From Opitutales bacterium (GTDB lineage Bacteria; Verrucomicrobiota; Verrucomicrobiia; Opitutales; PNEW01), in assembly GCA_965197745.1 (NCBI GenBank), contig CBDANS010000007.1:1376001-1440000 (forward strand): DNA of 64,000 nt, in the 5' to 3' direction. Below the pieces are notes generated by a model. That model had not been told where the DNA came from and searched no databases. It saw only the letters and a program-made list of their open reading frames with translations. Made by a program: the position numbers and the translations under genes. Within the stretch, counting starts at the first letter, position 1. Each line of letters opens with the position of its first letter. This document shows positions 43,345-54,706 of this stretch, one piece after another.

Positions 43345-46300
43345 TTATTTTTTATTTACCAACGCAGTCGTACCCAAAAGTTTAATCAAGCGACGGCGTT
43401 CACGCCATCCGATGAGGGTAAGGATCAAGCCACCGCCGAGGTAAGTCGAGGGCTCGGGGACAGGTACGATCTCATCCCCTTGAAAACGCGCGTGAAAGGT
43501 CTTACTCGTCCCCCACGGATTGACGAACCTTATCTGCGCTAACTGCGAGTCGGTCAGCCCTGCCGATCCAAATATGATCTGGTCGATGCCTCCCCCGTTG
43601 GTGTCTCCGGTGTAGTCCAGTATTGAGAGGATCTGTCCCGAGTCCGTCCACGCCAGTTCCAGTCCGCTGCTGTCGTCAAAGTCTATAATGCTTGTTCCGG
43701 TGCCTAAATCGATTGACGAGTCCGAGGACAGGGTCAGCGTTCCTAACACTTCATCGAAACCGTCGGTGTCAAAGATCCCTCCATCCAATTCCATGTTCGC
43801 GGTGTCCACGATCTGGTCATCACCACTTAAGAGCAAACTGCCCCCGGTGATGATCACCGTTCCCGTGCCGTCAAGGGCATTGCCCGCTCCGTTGTTCAGT
43901 TCCAGGGTTCCCGCATTGACCGTGGTGTCTCCGCTGAAACTGTTCGTGCCGGTTAAGGTCAGGGTCCCCGCATCGAGGAAGACCTGGGCCGTGGCACTGC
44001 CGCTGCTTAAGGAACCGATCGTTTCACTGAAACTGTTTACGTCGAGGCGTCCGTCAGAATCGATGGTCACTGCCGAGGTGTCAGCGATCTGTTCGCTGCT
44101 GCCGACAAAGGCGATGGCCGATCCGGCTGCCCCCACGCCGTCACCAATGACCAGGGCCCCGGGAACAGAGGTTCCACCGGACACATTCAGATTCATCGTC
44201 CCGTCGTTAATGGTCGTTGATCCGGTGTAGGTATTAGACCCTCCCTGGACAAACCAGGTGCTCGTGCCATCTTTTACAAAATTGCCTGTTCCACTGATCA
44301 CTGAACCTGAGATTATCCCGGCTAAATCACCGTTATCAACAGTCAGCGTGCTTCCGTTCAGATCAATATCACCACTGATCGACATGATCGTCGTGTTGCT
44401 TATTTTGGCATTGGAACCAAGGGTGATATCGCCGGTCCATTCCTCAAATCCTGCACCCGGATCAGTCCAATACAGTGCGCCCACGCCGCCCACTCCGGTG
44501 CCATTGATGGTCAACGGCTCCGCGGACATGTCCGAAGCTATATCCGATACCTGGAGCGTTGCTCCGGACTGGACTACAGTCCCACTGCCGGTGCCGCCCA
44601 GGGCGCTCGGATCGGTGATCTCGAGGGTCCCCGCCTGTACCGCGGTCGTGCCTGTGTAGGTATTGACGCCATCCAGGACCAGGGTCCCCCTGTGCCGGTC
44701 TTGTCAAAGCTTCCCGTGCCGGCCATGATCCCCCCGTAGGTCAACGTCGTGGCGGCATCGGTTTCGATCGTCCCTCCGCCCGCGTTTAAGGCGATTCCAC
44801 GGTTGCTGTCCAGGGAGAAGGTAGCAGTGGTATTAAGCGTGCCTCCGTCAAAGGTAAGGTGTCCGGGGGTGGCTGCTCCGGGGGCTGCCCCTAATCCACT
44901 GTCGGCGCTGATGCTGATCGAGCCGTCGTTGATCGTCGTTGCTCCGGTGTAGGTGTTGACCGCCGAGAGGGTGAGGGTGCCATTGCCGTCTTTAATTAAA
45001 TCTCCAGAGTCTGAGACGATGCCACTGAAGGTGGTGTCACCGTTGCCGTCAACGGTAAGATCAAAAGTCTGATTGTCGATGGTGCCACTGACGTCCAAAG
45101 TGCCTGCGTCAGTTTTAATGGTTGCTGCCGATCCCAGACTGACCGCGCCCTGCCATTCGGTGCTGCCGGAAATATTTTGCAAAGCTCCCGCGCTGCTCTC
45201 CCCGGTGCCATTTAAAGAAAGCGCTTCGGCCCCTACAGTGATCCCCGTGTCGAGGGCCAGGGTCCCGCCACTGTTGACGGTCGTGCCGCTGCCGGTTGTG
45301 CCCATTCGATTTCGAGAACACCGTCATTAACGGTGGTGTTTCCTGAGTAAGTGTTAGCGGCGGTAAGGGTGAGGGTGCCATTGCCGTTTTTAATTAAAGC
45401 TCCCGAATCGGAGAGGACGCCACTGAAAGTCGTGTCGGCGGCTCCACCCACGGTCAGCGCGAACGACTGATTGTCGATGTTGCCGCTGATCTCTAAACTG
45501 CCAGCTAGTGAAATGATAGTGGCAGTCGATCCCAAGTCGACGGCTCCCTGCCATTCGTTGGTGCCGGAAATGTTCTGTAAGGCTCCCGCAGTGCCAGCCT
45601 CTCCGGTGCCGTTTAAAGTGAGGCCTTCTCCTGTAACCGTGATTCCCGTATCGAGGGCTAAGGTGCCACCACTGTTGACCGTTGTGTCGCTGGTGGTATC
45701 GCCGAGGGCACTGGCGTCTTCGATTTCGAGGACACCATTGTTGATCGTCGTGGTCCCGTCATAGGTGTTATTATTGGTTAAAGTCCAGGTCCCGTCGCCC
45801 TGCTTGACAATATCGCCACTCTCCGAAATGACACCGTCAAATGTCGCATTCGTAGCATCGCCCACGGTAAGCGTTCCTTGTGGTGAAGTCCCCAACTGCA
45901 CTTCTGCAGCCGTGCTCGAACTGGAGAGCGACCCGATCGTTTCGTCCTCATTGGTGAGATCGAGCAGTCCATCCGACAGTATCGTGACCGCGCTGGTGTC
46001 AGAGATCTGATCATTGCGATTGGCGTATTCGACAATGGCACTGCCCGCTGCTCCCACTCCGTCACCTATAGTAAGATCTGAGTCAATCGCTCCATTGACA
46101 CTGCTTCTATCTAAAGACAGGGTCCCGTCTTCGACAACGGTGTCTCCGCTGTAGGTATTGGTGCCTCCGTTTTCAAAAGTCAGTTGTCCTCCCTGGTGGG
46201 TGATTCCCCCCGTACCCGAGATGTTTCCCTGGATACGGAAGTTCTGTGTGTTGGCGTTAAAATAATCGAGGTCGTCATTGAGGGCTATAGGGGCTAATAT

Positions 46301-46681
46301 TCTGCTCTTGTCCTGCATGTCCACAGTGAGCGAGGCATTGCCGCTGCTCACATCAAAGGTGATGGTGTTGGTGCCAATGATATTGTATTCTTTGTTATTC
46401 GTGTCGTGAAAGAAATCCATCTGCCCGACCACGACATTAATGTCTACCGTGACATTACGGTTGTTGCCGGTACTAACGGTTCCAAAGTTGGCGGTGTCAC
46501 CGATGGCGTTGGGGGGACCTCCACCCGGTGTCCAGTTGCCGGCCACACTCCAGTTGCCATTGCCATTGAGGTTCCAGTCAAATACTTGCGCTTCGAGAGT
46601 TGATGATAAATAAAAACTCAACACTAGGAGTAATCCCAAGCGGTGTGAGTTTCTTATCTTAACTTTATTCTTCAGACTCAT
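43345..46681 (-). pseudogene. PEP-CTERM surface protein with autotransporter-associated beta-strand repeats, split by two frameshifts (about 45304 and 44686-44690)
   Basis: Three ORFs in three frames form one protein: signal peptide, repeated K.G.GTLTL...NTY.G.T.IN.G, C-terminal VPVPEPST-TM-WRERRR. Confidence 0.88.
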
Positions 46682-46820
46682 TTCAGATTGGTATCGCGCT
46701 TTAATATTAGTAAATCTAAATTAATTATCTATTAATATTAGAAAAACTTTAATTAAATTGCAAGCAAAACTGGGGGTTTATACCTATAAAAAATATGTAA
46801 AAAACAGCCATGATTTGTGA

Positions 46821-47006
46821 TTATTCAGAAGGAAAACTTAGGAGATGAGTGGCATAAGAGAGTTCTTGATTTTGCAATCTGGCCCAAAGATTACAGGCCA
46901 GGTATAAAAGGAGGAAAAAGACGCCCCAATGCATTTCTTCAAGGAGGAACATAAAAATTGAAAAAAGAAGGAAGACGCTGGCTAAGAGTAGTTTAATTAA
47001 GTGCAT
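46821..47006 (-). CDS. Possible small membrane protein (61 aa)
   Basis: Two hydrophobic segments; no other support. Confidence 0.3.
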   Translation of the reverse strand: MHLIKLLLASVFLLFSIFMFLLEEMHWGVFFLLLYLACNLWARLQNQELSYATHLLSFPSE

Positions 47007-47410
47007 GCGATACTTTTCTGTTGTATTCCATAGTATCGCATTAAACGAGACTGATGGTATCAGTAAAATACTGTATCTTTTTTAGAGATATCACGTAGCA
47101 GGACGCGTAAAGTGCTGGAAGGTAAAATTTACATACCACATATGGGACGCGTTCAAGTTGAATGGGCGATAGCGCCCCGGCTGATAAACAGAGATTGGCA
47201 GTTTTAATGAAAACGCCCCAGTCTGGTCGGTCTGGAGAGAGAGAAGCACCCCCAAGAGCAATTTAACTTAGCGCATAAGATTTAATACGCCCCTGCCTTT
47301 ATCGGTTTTACACCAGTAAGAGCAATCTCAGGGATTGATTAGGTTTAAATTGGGTGATCAAGTAGTATTTAGTAACCGGTAGATAAAAAGTAAATTGCTA
47401 ATAAATAGGC

Positions 47411-48112
47411 TTATTCACTCAGAAAACGGGGTTTGATTTTTTCTTCAGTAATTTTATCCCCATTCTTACAAACCGTGTAAGCACTTGCCGTTTGACGTGA
47501 GCTGACTACTTGATGAAGTTGATTTTCAACATAATGGAGGGCCACACCGTCATCCGCGGCCACACCATCGGAAATTTCTCCATTTAGAATCAACTGGTGG
47601 TATGATGGTCGACGGGCAGCTTCACTGTCAAAATGAGGACAATTACTGCCAGGGAGAAAGCCCAGGTAATTGAGAGGGGTCAAGCGCCCCGGGATGGAAT
47701 CGGTAACTCCCTCATCAAACCAGCAGATTGATCCCGCGCTTACTCCGCCCAGGACTATGCCTTTCTCCCAGGCTTTTCTCAATATTAGATTTACCCCCCA
47801 ATCGCGCCAAAGAACGAGCATGTTTCGGGTGTTGCCTCCGCCAATGTAGAGCGCGTCCTGATCGAGAATGATCGCTTCCAGGTCTTCACTGGGCGCATTA
47901 AAAAGACTGAGATGGCATGGTTTACACTCCAGGCGGAGAGCAGCATCATAAAAGCGCCGAATCATCCAATCTGAATCCCCGGCAGCGGTCGGAAGAAAAC
48001 AAATATTGGGGCAGGTTTGACCCGTTAGCTTAAGAAAGTATTTTTCAAGTAATAATCTGTCAGGCAGCAACGATAAACCTGCACCCCCAATAGCTAAAAT
48101 CTGTTTTTTCAT
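47411..48112 (-). CDS. Peptidase E (S51 family)
   Basis: AIGGAG, FLPTAAGD, IGGGNT, GVSAGSICW, CPHFD. Confidence 0.92.
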   Translation of the reverse strand: MKKQILAIGGAGLSLLPDRLLLEKYFLKLTGQTCPNICFLPTAAGDSDWMIRRFYDAALRLECKPCHLSLFNAPSEDLEAIILDQDALYIGGGNTRNMLVLWRDWGVNLILRKAWEKGIVLGGVSAGSICWFDEGVTDSIPGRLTPLNYLGFLPGSNCPHFDSEAARRPSYHQLILNGEISDGVAADDGVALHYVENQLHQVVSSRQTASAYTVCKNGDKITEEKIKPRFLSE

Positions 48113-48217
48113 ATAATCTTTGAATCTAATCCTTGATTTAAATTTAAAATTCTAGAGGATTAAATCGCAGAGTAGAATATTTTTTAGAGGCGAAGCAATA
48201 GCGCATATGGAGTATCC

Positions 48218-50344
48218 ATGAGTGGAACATTAGATTTAAAAACCCCTAAGACGATTAATCTCCGCGAGGGCGACTCAGAGGAAAAACGAGAAAAGATAAG
48301 GCAGTATTTTCACGAGACATTTGATGTCTATGAAAAGCTTTTCGAGCCATTGAAAAATGAAGAAGCCTATACTACGCGAGCGGATCCCCTGCGCCATCCG
48401 CTCATTTTTTATTTAGGGCACCCCGCGGTTTTCTTTATCAATAAACTTGTCCTCGCTAAGATACTGGATAAGCGCATCAATCCCAAATTCGAATCCATGT
48501 TTGCGGTTGGTGTTGATGAAATGTCCTGGGATGATCTTAACGAGTTGCATTACGACTGGCCAAAGTCAATAGAGGTGAAGGAATACCGAAATCGGGTCAG
48601 GCGAACGGTCGACGAATTGATAAGAGAAATGCCACTGAATCTTCCCATTGATTGGGATAATCCGTTCTGGGTGATTATGATGGGAATAGAGCATGAACGC
48701 ATCCATTTGGAAACGTCTTCTGTCCTCATCCGCCAGCTTCCGCACAATCTCCTTTCATCTAATTCGGAGTGGCAGATCTGTAGTGATAGTGGAAGAGCGC
48801 CTGAAAACCGCTTACTTCCTGTTAGCGAGGGGAAGTTGCAGATGGGTAAGGAGAGAGAGCATCCGCTCTATGGATGGGATAATGAATACGGCCGTTATGA
48901 AACAGAGGTCGCGACATTTAAAGCCAGTCAGTATTTGGTAACTAATCAGGAATTTTTGGAATTTGTGGAAGCGGGTGCTTACGGGAATGAACAATGGTGG
49001 ACCGAGGAAGGTTGGAAATGGGCACAATATAAAAAAGCAGAACATCCATTGTTCTGGATGCCCGACGATAAAGGGTCCTATCGATTCAGGACCATGCTGG
49101 AAATTATAGATATGCCGTGGAATTGGCCCGTAGAAGTAAATTACCTGGAAGCTAAAGCCTTTTGTAATTGGAAAAGTGATAAATCGGGAAAAACGATACG
49201 CCTTCTTATGGAAGAAGAATGGTATCGCTTGTTGGATTTTACGATGACGAAAGATCAACCTGAATGGCAACACGCACCCGGGAATATAAACCTGGAGTAT
49301 TATGCCTCATCCTGTCCGGTGGATAAATTTCAGTTTGGCGAGTTTTATGATGTATTAGGAAATGTCTGGCAATGGACTGAGAGCCCTATAGCCGGCTTTC
49401 CCGGATTTGAAGTCCACCCTCTATACGACGATTTTTCAACCCCGACCTTTGATACTAAACATAATCTGATTAAAGGAGGGTCATGGATTTCAACGGGCAA
49501 CGAGGCGACAAGACACTCGCGCTATGCTTTTAGACGACACTTTTTTCAACACGCAGGATTTCGCTATGTCGAATCAGATACGCCCGTTGTCATCCGCAAT
49601 GATGTCTATGAAACGGATCCAGAAGTAGCTCAATACTGCGAATTACACTATGGAGAAGACCATTTTGAAATTGAGAATTATCCTGAAAAAATTGCGCAGA
49701 TCAGTCTGGCAAAAATGCAGGGTCGATCTAAAAAGAGAGCGCTTAACCTTGGTTGTAAAGTAGGGCGAAGCACTTTTGAACTGGCGGTGGAGTTTGATTC
49801 GGTCACTGGATTAGATGCCACCGCGCGCACGATCAAGATTGCCGTCGATATGAAGGATAAAGGATACGCTCTTTATGCCCTTCCTAAAGAAGGAGAAATT
49901 TATACCTTTCACGAAAAAAGACTCACCGATCTCGGTCTTGATGGGGTTCGCGACAAGGTTGAGTTTTATCAAGCAGATGCATCCAACCTGATCGAACGAC
50001 ACAAAGATTACGATCTCATCCTCATCGATAACCTCATCGATAGAATATATGACCCGAAGAAATTATTAAACAACGTCCATAATCGGGTAAATCCTGGAGG
50101 ACTGCTATTAATTTCCTCAACTTATGACTGGCAGAAAAAGCACACCGAAAAACAAAAATGGGTGGGGGGTTTTAAAGAGGCGGGTGAGAATGTTATTTCA
50201 CTGGAGGGTTTAAAGCAGCTATTAGAACCGCATTTTAAATTCATGGGCGAGCCCATGGATATTCCTTACGTTATCCGGGAAACAACGCGTAAGTACCAAC
50301 ACTGTATTGCGGAATTAACTATTTGGGAACGCCAAACGAATTAA
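48218..50344 (+). CDS. ovoA: 5-histidylcysteine sulfoxide synthase / methyltransferase (ovothiol synthase)
   Basis: RHPLIFY, iron motif HERIHLE (HxxxHxE), FGE-like domain (YGWDNEYG, GNVWQW, HPLYDDFS, FRRHFFQHAGFRY), C-terminal SAM methyltransferase. Confidence 0.93.
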   Translation: MSGTLDLKTPKTINLREGDSEEKREKIRQYFHETFDVYEKLFEPLKNEEAYTTRADPLRHPLIFYLGHPAVFFINKLVLAKILDKRINPKFESMFAVGVDEMSWDDLNELHYDWPKSIEVKEYRNRVRRTVDELIREMPLNLPIDWDNPFWVIMMGIEHERIHLETSSVLIRQLPHNLLSSNSEWQICSDSGRAPENRLLPVSEGKLQMGKEREHPLYGWDNEYGRYETEVATFKASQYLVTNQEFLEFVEAGAYGNEQWWTEEGWKWAQYKKAEHPLFWMPDDKGSYRFRTMLEIIDMPWNWPVEVNYLEAKAFCNWKSDKSGKTIRLLMEEEWYRLLDFTMTKDQPEWQHAPGNINLEYYASSCPVDKFQFGEFYDVLGNVWQWTESPIAGFPGFEVHPLYDDFSTPTFDTKHNLIKGGSWISTGNEATRHSRYAFRRHFFQHAGFRYVESDTPVVIRNDVYETDPEVAQYCELHYGEDHFEIENYPEKIAQISLAKMQGRSKKRALNLGCKVGRSTFELAVEFDSVTGLDATARTIKIAVDMKDKGYALYALPKEGEIYTFHEKRLTDLGLDGVRDKVEFYQADASNLIERHKDYDLILIDNLIDRIYDPKKLLNNVHNRVNPGGLLLISSTYDWQKKHTEKQKWVGGFKEAGENVISLEGLKQLLEPHFKFMGEPMDIPYVIRETTRKYQHCIAELTIWERQTN

Positions 50345-50449
50345 TAAGTGGCATTTTTTTTGCCGATTAATTTATATCCCGATGAATTTTATGGAGGGAA
50401 CGCGTAATAATAGGATTTGTAGTTAATCTTTAATCCGTAATTTTAAAAC

Positions 50450-50478
50450 GGTGGAGCGGGGTGTCCCCAGCACGCTTC
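50450..50478 (+). repeat. REP-like element, second family (GGTGGAGCG...CAGCACGCTTC)
   Basis: Similar to copies at 58092-58119 and 58139-58165 (inverted). Confidence 0.6.
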
Positions 50479-50497
50479 AACCCTAAAATTTTATAAC

Positions 50498-51028
50498 ATG
50501 GAGGATAAATATTTTTTTTGGCTCGATCTGGAGATGTCCGGGTTAAGTCCTGTGGAAGATAAGATTCTTGAAGCCGCGGTGATCGTCACAGATAAGGAAC
50601 TCACATCGGTAATCACTTATGAAACCGCGGTCTTTCAGTCCCCGGAAGTTCTGGAAAATATGAACGCCTGGTGCAAAGAGCATCATGCCAAAAGCGGACT
50701 GACGGATAGGGTCTCTACCGGGATTCCGGAAAATGAACTTGACGATAAACTCTGTGCAATTACCGATGCCTATTTCAGGGATGAGCCAGTAATTCTTTGC
50801 GGTAATTCCATTGCTCACGACAGGAAATTTGTAGAAATGCATCTCCCAAAATTTACTTCGAAGTTGCATTACCGTATGCTTGATGTCTCAAGTTTCAAAA
50901 TTGTCTTTCAGGAAATTTTCGGTAAGAATTACGACAAAAAAAATAATCACCGGGCCTTGGCGGACATTCAAGAGTCAATAGCAGAATTGAAATATTATCT
51001 CGACTACATAAGGGATCAGGCCCATTGA
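50498..51028 (+). CDS. orn: Oligoribonuclease
   Basis: WLDLEMSGL, LCGNSIAHDRKF, LHYRMLDVSS, HRALADIQESIAELKYY. Confidence 0.96.
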   Translation: MEDKYFFWLDLEMSGLSPVEDKILEAAVIVTDKELTSVITYETAVFQSPEVLENMNAWCKEHHAKSGLTDRVSTGIPENELDDKLCAITDAYFRDEPVILCGNSIAHDRKFVEMHLPKFTSKLHYRMLDVSSFKIVFQEIFGKNYDKKNNHRALADIQESIAELKYYLDYIRDQAH

Positions 51029-51180
51029 CTTTTATCGGATACTGCGGTAATTGATGTGCCGTATAAAATTGTCTCATCACGGGATTTAACCTGACGTGAT
51101 GATGCAATAAGAGTACTCCAACAAATTATACGATGAAAAATAGATTACTGGCTTATAGATTTGCTGATATTGGAATTACC

Positions 51181-52407
51181 ATGCTGCGCTTCCCCATATT
51201 AATTTTTATAGCTCTATTAGCGTGGAGTATTAACTTAACAGCTGCTGACTGGCCCCAGTGGCGAGGGCCGGGGAGGAATGGCATTTCTTCAGAGACTGGG
51301 TTGTTAAGGTCATGGTCTGAAGAAGGACCCGAACTATTGTGGACCACTTCCGTGGGGGTAGGGGCTTCATCTATGGCCGTCCATGACAATTACGTATATA
51401 CCATGGGTAACATAAATGATGAGGACGTTGTCATTTGTCTCAACCGTAAAACTGGAGACAAGGTATGGTCTTTTTCCTATGCATGCCCTTTCAAGAGCAG
51501 GAGGCATGAAGGGGGCACCTCATGTACTCCCACTGTCGATGGCAATCGTGTTTATACACTCAGCTACGAGGGAGATCTTTACTGTCTTGATGCCACATCA
51601 GGCAGGGCCATATGGTCCAAAAGTCTGAGGAAGGAATTTAACGGTAAACCGAATAAATTTGGATATGCGTGTTCACCATTGGTTGTCGATGATATGGTAA
51701 TCGTTGAATCGGGCGCCGATGAAGGATCGCTCCTGGCGCTCAATAAAAAATCCGGTCGCTTTATATGGAAGTCAGGTGATTACAATGCAGGGTATTCCTC
51801 CCCTGTGGCGTTTCAACTCAATGGAAAACAAGTGGGATTAATTTTCAATGGTTATGGCCTGGTCGGGCACCGACTCGAGGACGGTAAGGAACTTTGGAAT
51901 TTTAAGTGGAATACCAGTTATGACATTAATGCGGCCACACCCATTGTTTCGGGAAAATATATATTTATTTCCTCAGGCTATGGGACGGGAGGCGCCGTAT
52001 TGAATGTAGGCAGAGGCAAGCTTACCGCTGTGTGGAAATCAGAAGCCTTTGCCAATCAATTCAGCAGCAGCGTGCTATGGAAGGGGCACCTTTACGGATT
52101 TCACGGTAATGTTGGTAAACAAGATGCATCCTTGCGTTGTGTGGAGTTTGCCACCGGTAATATCATATGGGAAAAGAGAGAACTGGGTATCGGTAGCGTC
52201 ATCCTTGTTGACAAAACGCTGGTCATTCTCAGTGAAGGGGGCGAGTTGGTGCTGGCCGAAGCATCGCCTTCCGGTTACACCGAATTGGAGCGTCTTCAAG
52301 TTCTGGGTGGACGCTGTTGGGTAACCCCGGCCTATGCAGATGGCTTAGTCTACTGTCGCAACAATAACGGCAAAATGGTTTGTTATAATCTAGGGGAGAA
52401 ACTGTAA
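51181..52407 (+). CDS. Secreted PQQ-like (BamB-type) beta-propeller protein
   Basis: Signal peptide then DWPQWRGPGRNG; repeated LYCLDA.SG..IW blades; alternative start 51133. Confidence 0.9.
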   Translation: MLRFPILIFIALLAWSINLTAADWPQWRGPGRNGISSETGLLRSWSEEGPELLWTTSVGVGASSMAVHDNYVYTMGNINDEDVVICLNRKTGDKVWSFSYACPFKSRRHEGGTSCTPTVDGNRVYTLSYEGDLYCLDATSGRAIWSKSLRKEFNGKPNKFGYACSPLVVDDMVIVESGADEGSLLALNKKSGRFIWKSGDYNAGYSSPVAFQLNGKQVGLIFNGYGLVGHRLEDGKELWNFKWNTSYDINAATPIVSGKYIFISSGYGTGGAVLNVGRGKLTAVWKSEAFANQFSSSVLWKGHLYGFHGNVGKQDASLRCVEFATGNIIWEKRELGIGSVILVDKTLVILSEGGELVLAEASPSGYTELERLQVLGGRCWVTPAYADGLVYCRNNNGKMVCYNLGEKL

Positions 52408-52425
52408 TCCCCAACGCTTATACCT

Positions 52426-54696
52426 GTGATCCTAGCGAATATGATTGTTACCAGGTATTGCCGCATCTGGGTTGCCGCGGTTTTATTACTGGCTACCGTT
52501 GACGCCGGATATGGCGCTAAATCCTCCTCGGGGTGGTATAACTGGCGCGGCCCGGATCAAAATGGAACCTCTCCTGAAATTAATTTACCGGATAAATGGG
52601 AATTAGATGGGGCCAATCATCTTTGGACTTACCCGATATCTGGAGGAGGCACTCCGGTGGTAAGAGACGATCGGGTATATATCTTTGGCTATAGAGGCGA
52701 AGGGGAAGACCTTCAAGAGGTTCTCCTTTGCCTCAATGCTCTAAACGGTGAACGTATTTGGGAGCAGTGCTTCAATGATTTTCTCAGCGATATTGTCTAT
52801 AACCGTTATGCTATAGGTGCGCCAGCTTTGGATCCCGATACCGGGAATGTTTATCTGCAGACCAGCGCGGGACTGCTTTTAGGCTTTGATCAAAACGGTC
52901 AGCGTCTCTGGGAACATTCGATGATGGAAGAATATGGAAGGCTTACTTTTCCCAATGGGCGTACCGGTGGACCCGTCATTGACGGCGATCTGGTTATCGT
53001 CCACGGCATCACGGCCAACTGGGGCCGCAACGGACCGGCGCGGGATCGTTTTTATGCTTTTGATAAGAGGACAGGAGAACTTGTCTGGTATTCACAACCT
53101 GGAGTCCAGCCTCAGGACAGTTCGTTTTCCACCCCCGTCTTCGGCTGGATCGGTAAGCGCCGGGTTTTTTATTGTGGCACGGGTTGTGGAAACATCGTGT
53201 GCGTGGATGCGCGTACCGGGCAACCGATATGGCGTTTTCAAATGTCACTCGGCGGAGTAAATTCATCGGTAGTTTTATTTGAAAAAAACAAGCTCATTGC
53301 CATCCACGGCAAAGAGAATCTGGATACCTCGAGCATAGGTCGAATGGTCTGTCTGGAAATTCCCACGCATTTACCGGATGACCTTAAGCTTCCTTTTGTT
53401 CTCGGTCCCGATGCCGAGTTATGGCGCAATGACAGTGAGTCCTTTACGAGCTCACCGGTGCTCCAAGGTAAGCGCATTTATCTGACCGATCGCACCGGCG
53501 AACTTATATGTATAGATGCGGATACGGGAGTGGAGCTATGGAATAAGAAGCTTTCTCCGGATCAGTTGCATGCCTCGCCATTATGGGCAGATAATAAACT
53601 CTACGTGCCGATGCGCGATAGTATTTTTTATATTATCCACCCCGGAGAGACCGAGGCAAAGATCCTCAATCAGGTTAAACTCGAAGGGGTCTGCCTCGGA
53701 GCGCCGGCGGTTAACAGGGGGCGCGTCTATGTACATACGCAGGTTAATCTCTATTGTTTTGGTTCACCGTCATCGCGTAATTATAAAATTAAAAAACGAA
53801 AACCGCTTGTCAAAACCGGACCTCCTGCAGAACTTCAGATTATTCCCGCGGAATTTGCCGCGCGTTCAGGAGAAAGTTTATCCTTCACCGTATGGAACCT
53901 GGATAAAAACGGTAATCGAATAAATAAAGTAACCGATCTTAACTGGAACTCTTCCGTTCCTTCTTATGCCAATGTCGACAGTTCTGGTGTTCTTGCCATT
54001 GAACCTTCCCTTGAGGTAATTGCCGGCAGCATTAAAGCTTCGGCAGGTAATCTCCGAGGAAGCACACGGGGCCGTATCTTACCGGACCTTAATTATAAAG
54101 AAGACTTTGAATCCTTCAGGCTCGATCATAAAACGCCGGGTGGAGTGGCCTTTGCCTATCCGCCCACGCCTTGGATCGGGGCGCGACTGCGTTGGCGGAT
54201 TTTAAATAGGGAGGGGAATCAGGTGATGGAAAATACCCTTGAGCGGGTTCTCTTTCAACGTTCAACGAACTTTATCGGTCACCATAATATGAATAATTAC
54301 ACGATGGAAGCCGATGTCATGAGCGATGGCAACCGCCGTATCATGTCTAATGTCGGGCTTATCAATCAGCGTTACCTGATCGCCCTTGTAGGTAACTGGC
54401 AGATTCTTGAAATTGTTTCCAATCATGATCGACTCAAAGTTTCCGTGCCTTTTAAATGGAAACCTAATGTATGGTATCGATTGAAAACGCGGGTTGATGT
54501 AAACGCAGAAGGGAGAGGTCTCGTGCGGGCAAAAGCCTGGGAAAAAAAATCCCCCGAACCCGATTCCTGGACAATAGAAGTCACGCATAATATAGCTCAC
54601 CAGGAGGGAGCCCCAGCATTGTACGCATTTTCACCGCAAAGCCAAAAGCATGTTTATATCGACAATCTGTCGATTACCCCTAATCAAAATAATTAG
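52426..54696 (+). CDS. Secreted PQQ-like beta-propeller protein with additional C-terminal beta domains
   Basis: Signal peptide, WYNWRGPDQNG, propeller blades, about 310-aa C-terminal extension. Confidence 0.88.
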   Translation: MILANMIVTRYCRIWVAAVLLLATVDAGYGAKSSSGWYNWRGPDQNGTSPEINLPDKWELDGANHLWTYPISGGGTPVVRDDRVYIFGYRGEGEDLQEVLLCLNALNGERIWEQCFNDFLSDIVYNRYAIGAPALDPDTGNVYLQTSAGLLLGFDQNGQRLWEHSMMEEYGRLTFPNGRTGGPVIDGDLVIVHGITANWGRNGPARDRFYAFDKRTGELVWYSQPGVQPQDSSFSTPVFGWIGKRRVFYCGTGCGNIVCVDARTGQPIWRFQMSLGGVNSSVVLFEKNKLIAIHGKENLDTSSIGRMVCLEIPTHLPDDLKLPFVLGPDAELWRNDSESFTSSPVLQGKRIYLTDRTGELICIDADTGVELWNKKLSPDQLHASPLWADNKLYVPMRDSIFYIIHPGETEAKILNQVKLEGVCLGAPAVNRGRVYVHTQVNLYCFGSPSSRNYKIKKRKPLVKTGPPAELQIIPAEFAARSGESLSFTVWNLDKNGNRINKVTDLNWNSSVPSYANVDSSGVLAIEPSLEVIAGSIKASAGNLRGSTRGRILPDLNYKEDFESFRLDHKTPGGVAFAYPPTPWIGARLRWRILNREGNQVMENTLERVLFQRSTNFIGHHNMNNYTMEADVMSDGNRRIMSNVGLINQRYLIALVGNWQILEIVSNHDRLKVSVPFKWKPNVWYRLKTRVDVNAEGRGLVRAKAWEKKSPEPDSWTIEVTHNIAHQEGAPALYAFSPQSQKHVYIDNLSITPNQNN

Positions 54697-54706
54697 GAAT
54701 TTTTAA

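Noticed and set aside
47005..47041. 10-bp inverted repeat ATGCGATACT/AGTATCGCAT
   Set aside because: Long loop, no U-tract, single copy; function cannot be supported
47225..47335. GGAGAGA...GAGCAA...TCTCAGG resembling a glycine riboswitch
   Set aside because: CCGAAG core and supporting stems are missing, and no downstream gene on that strand
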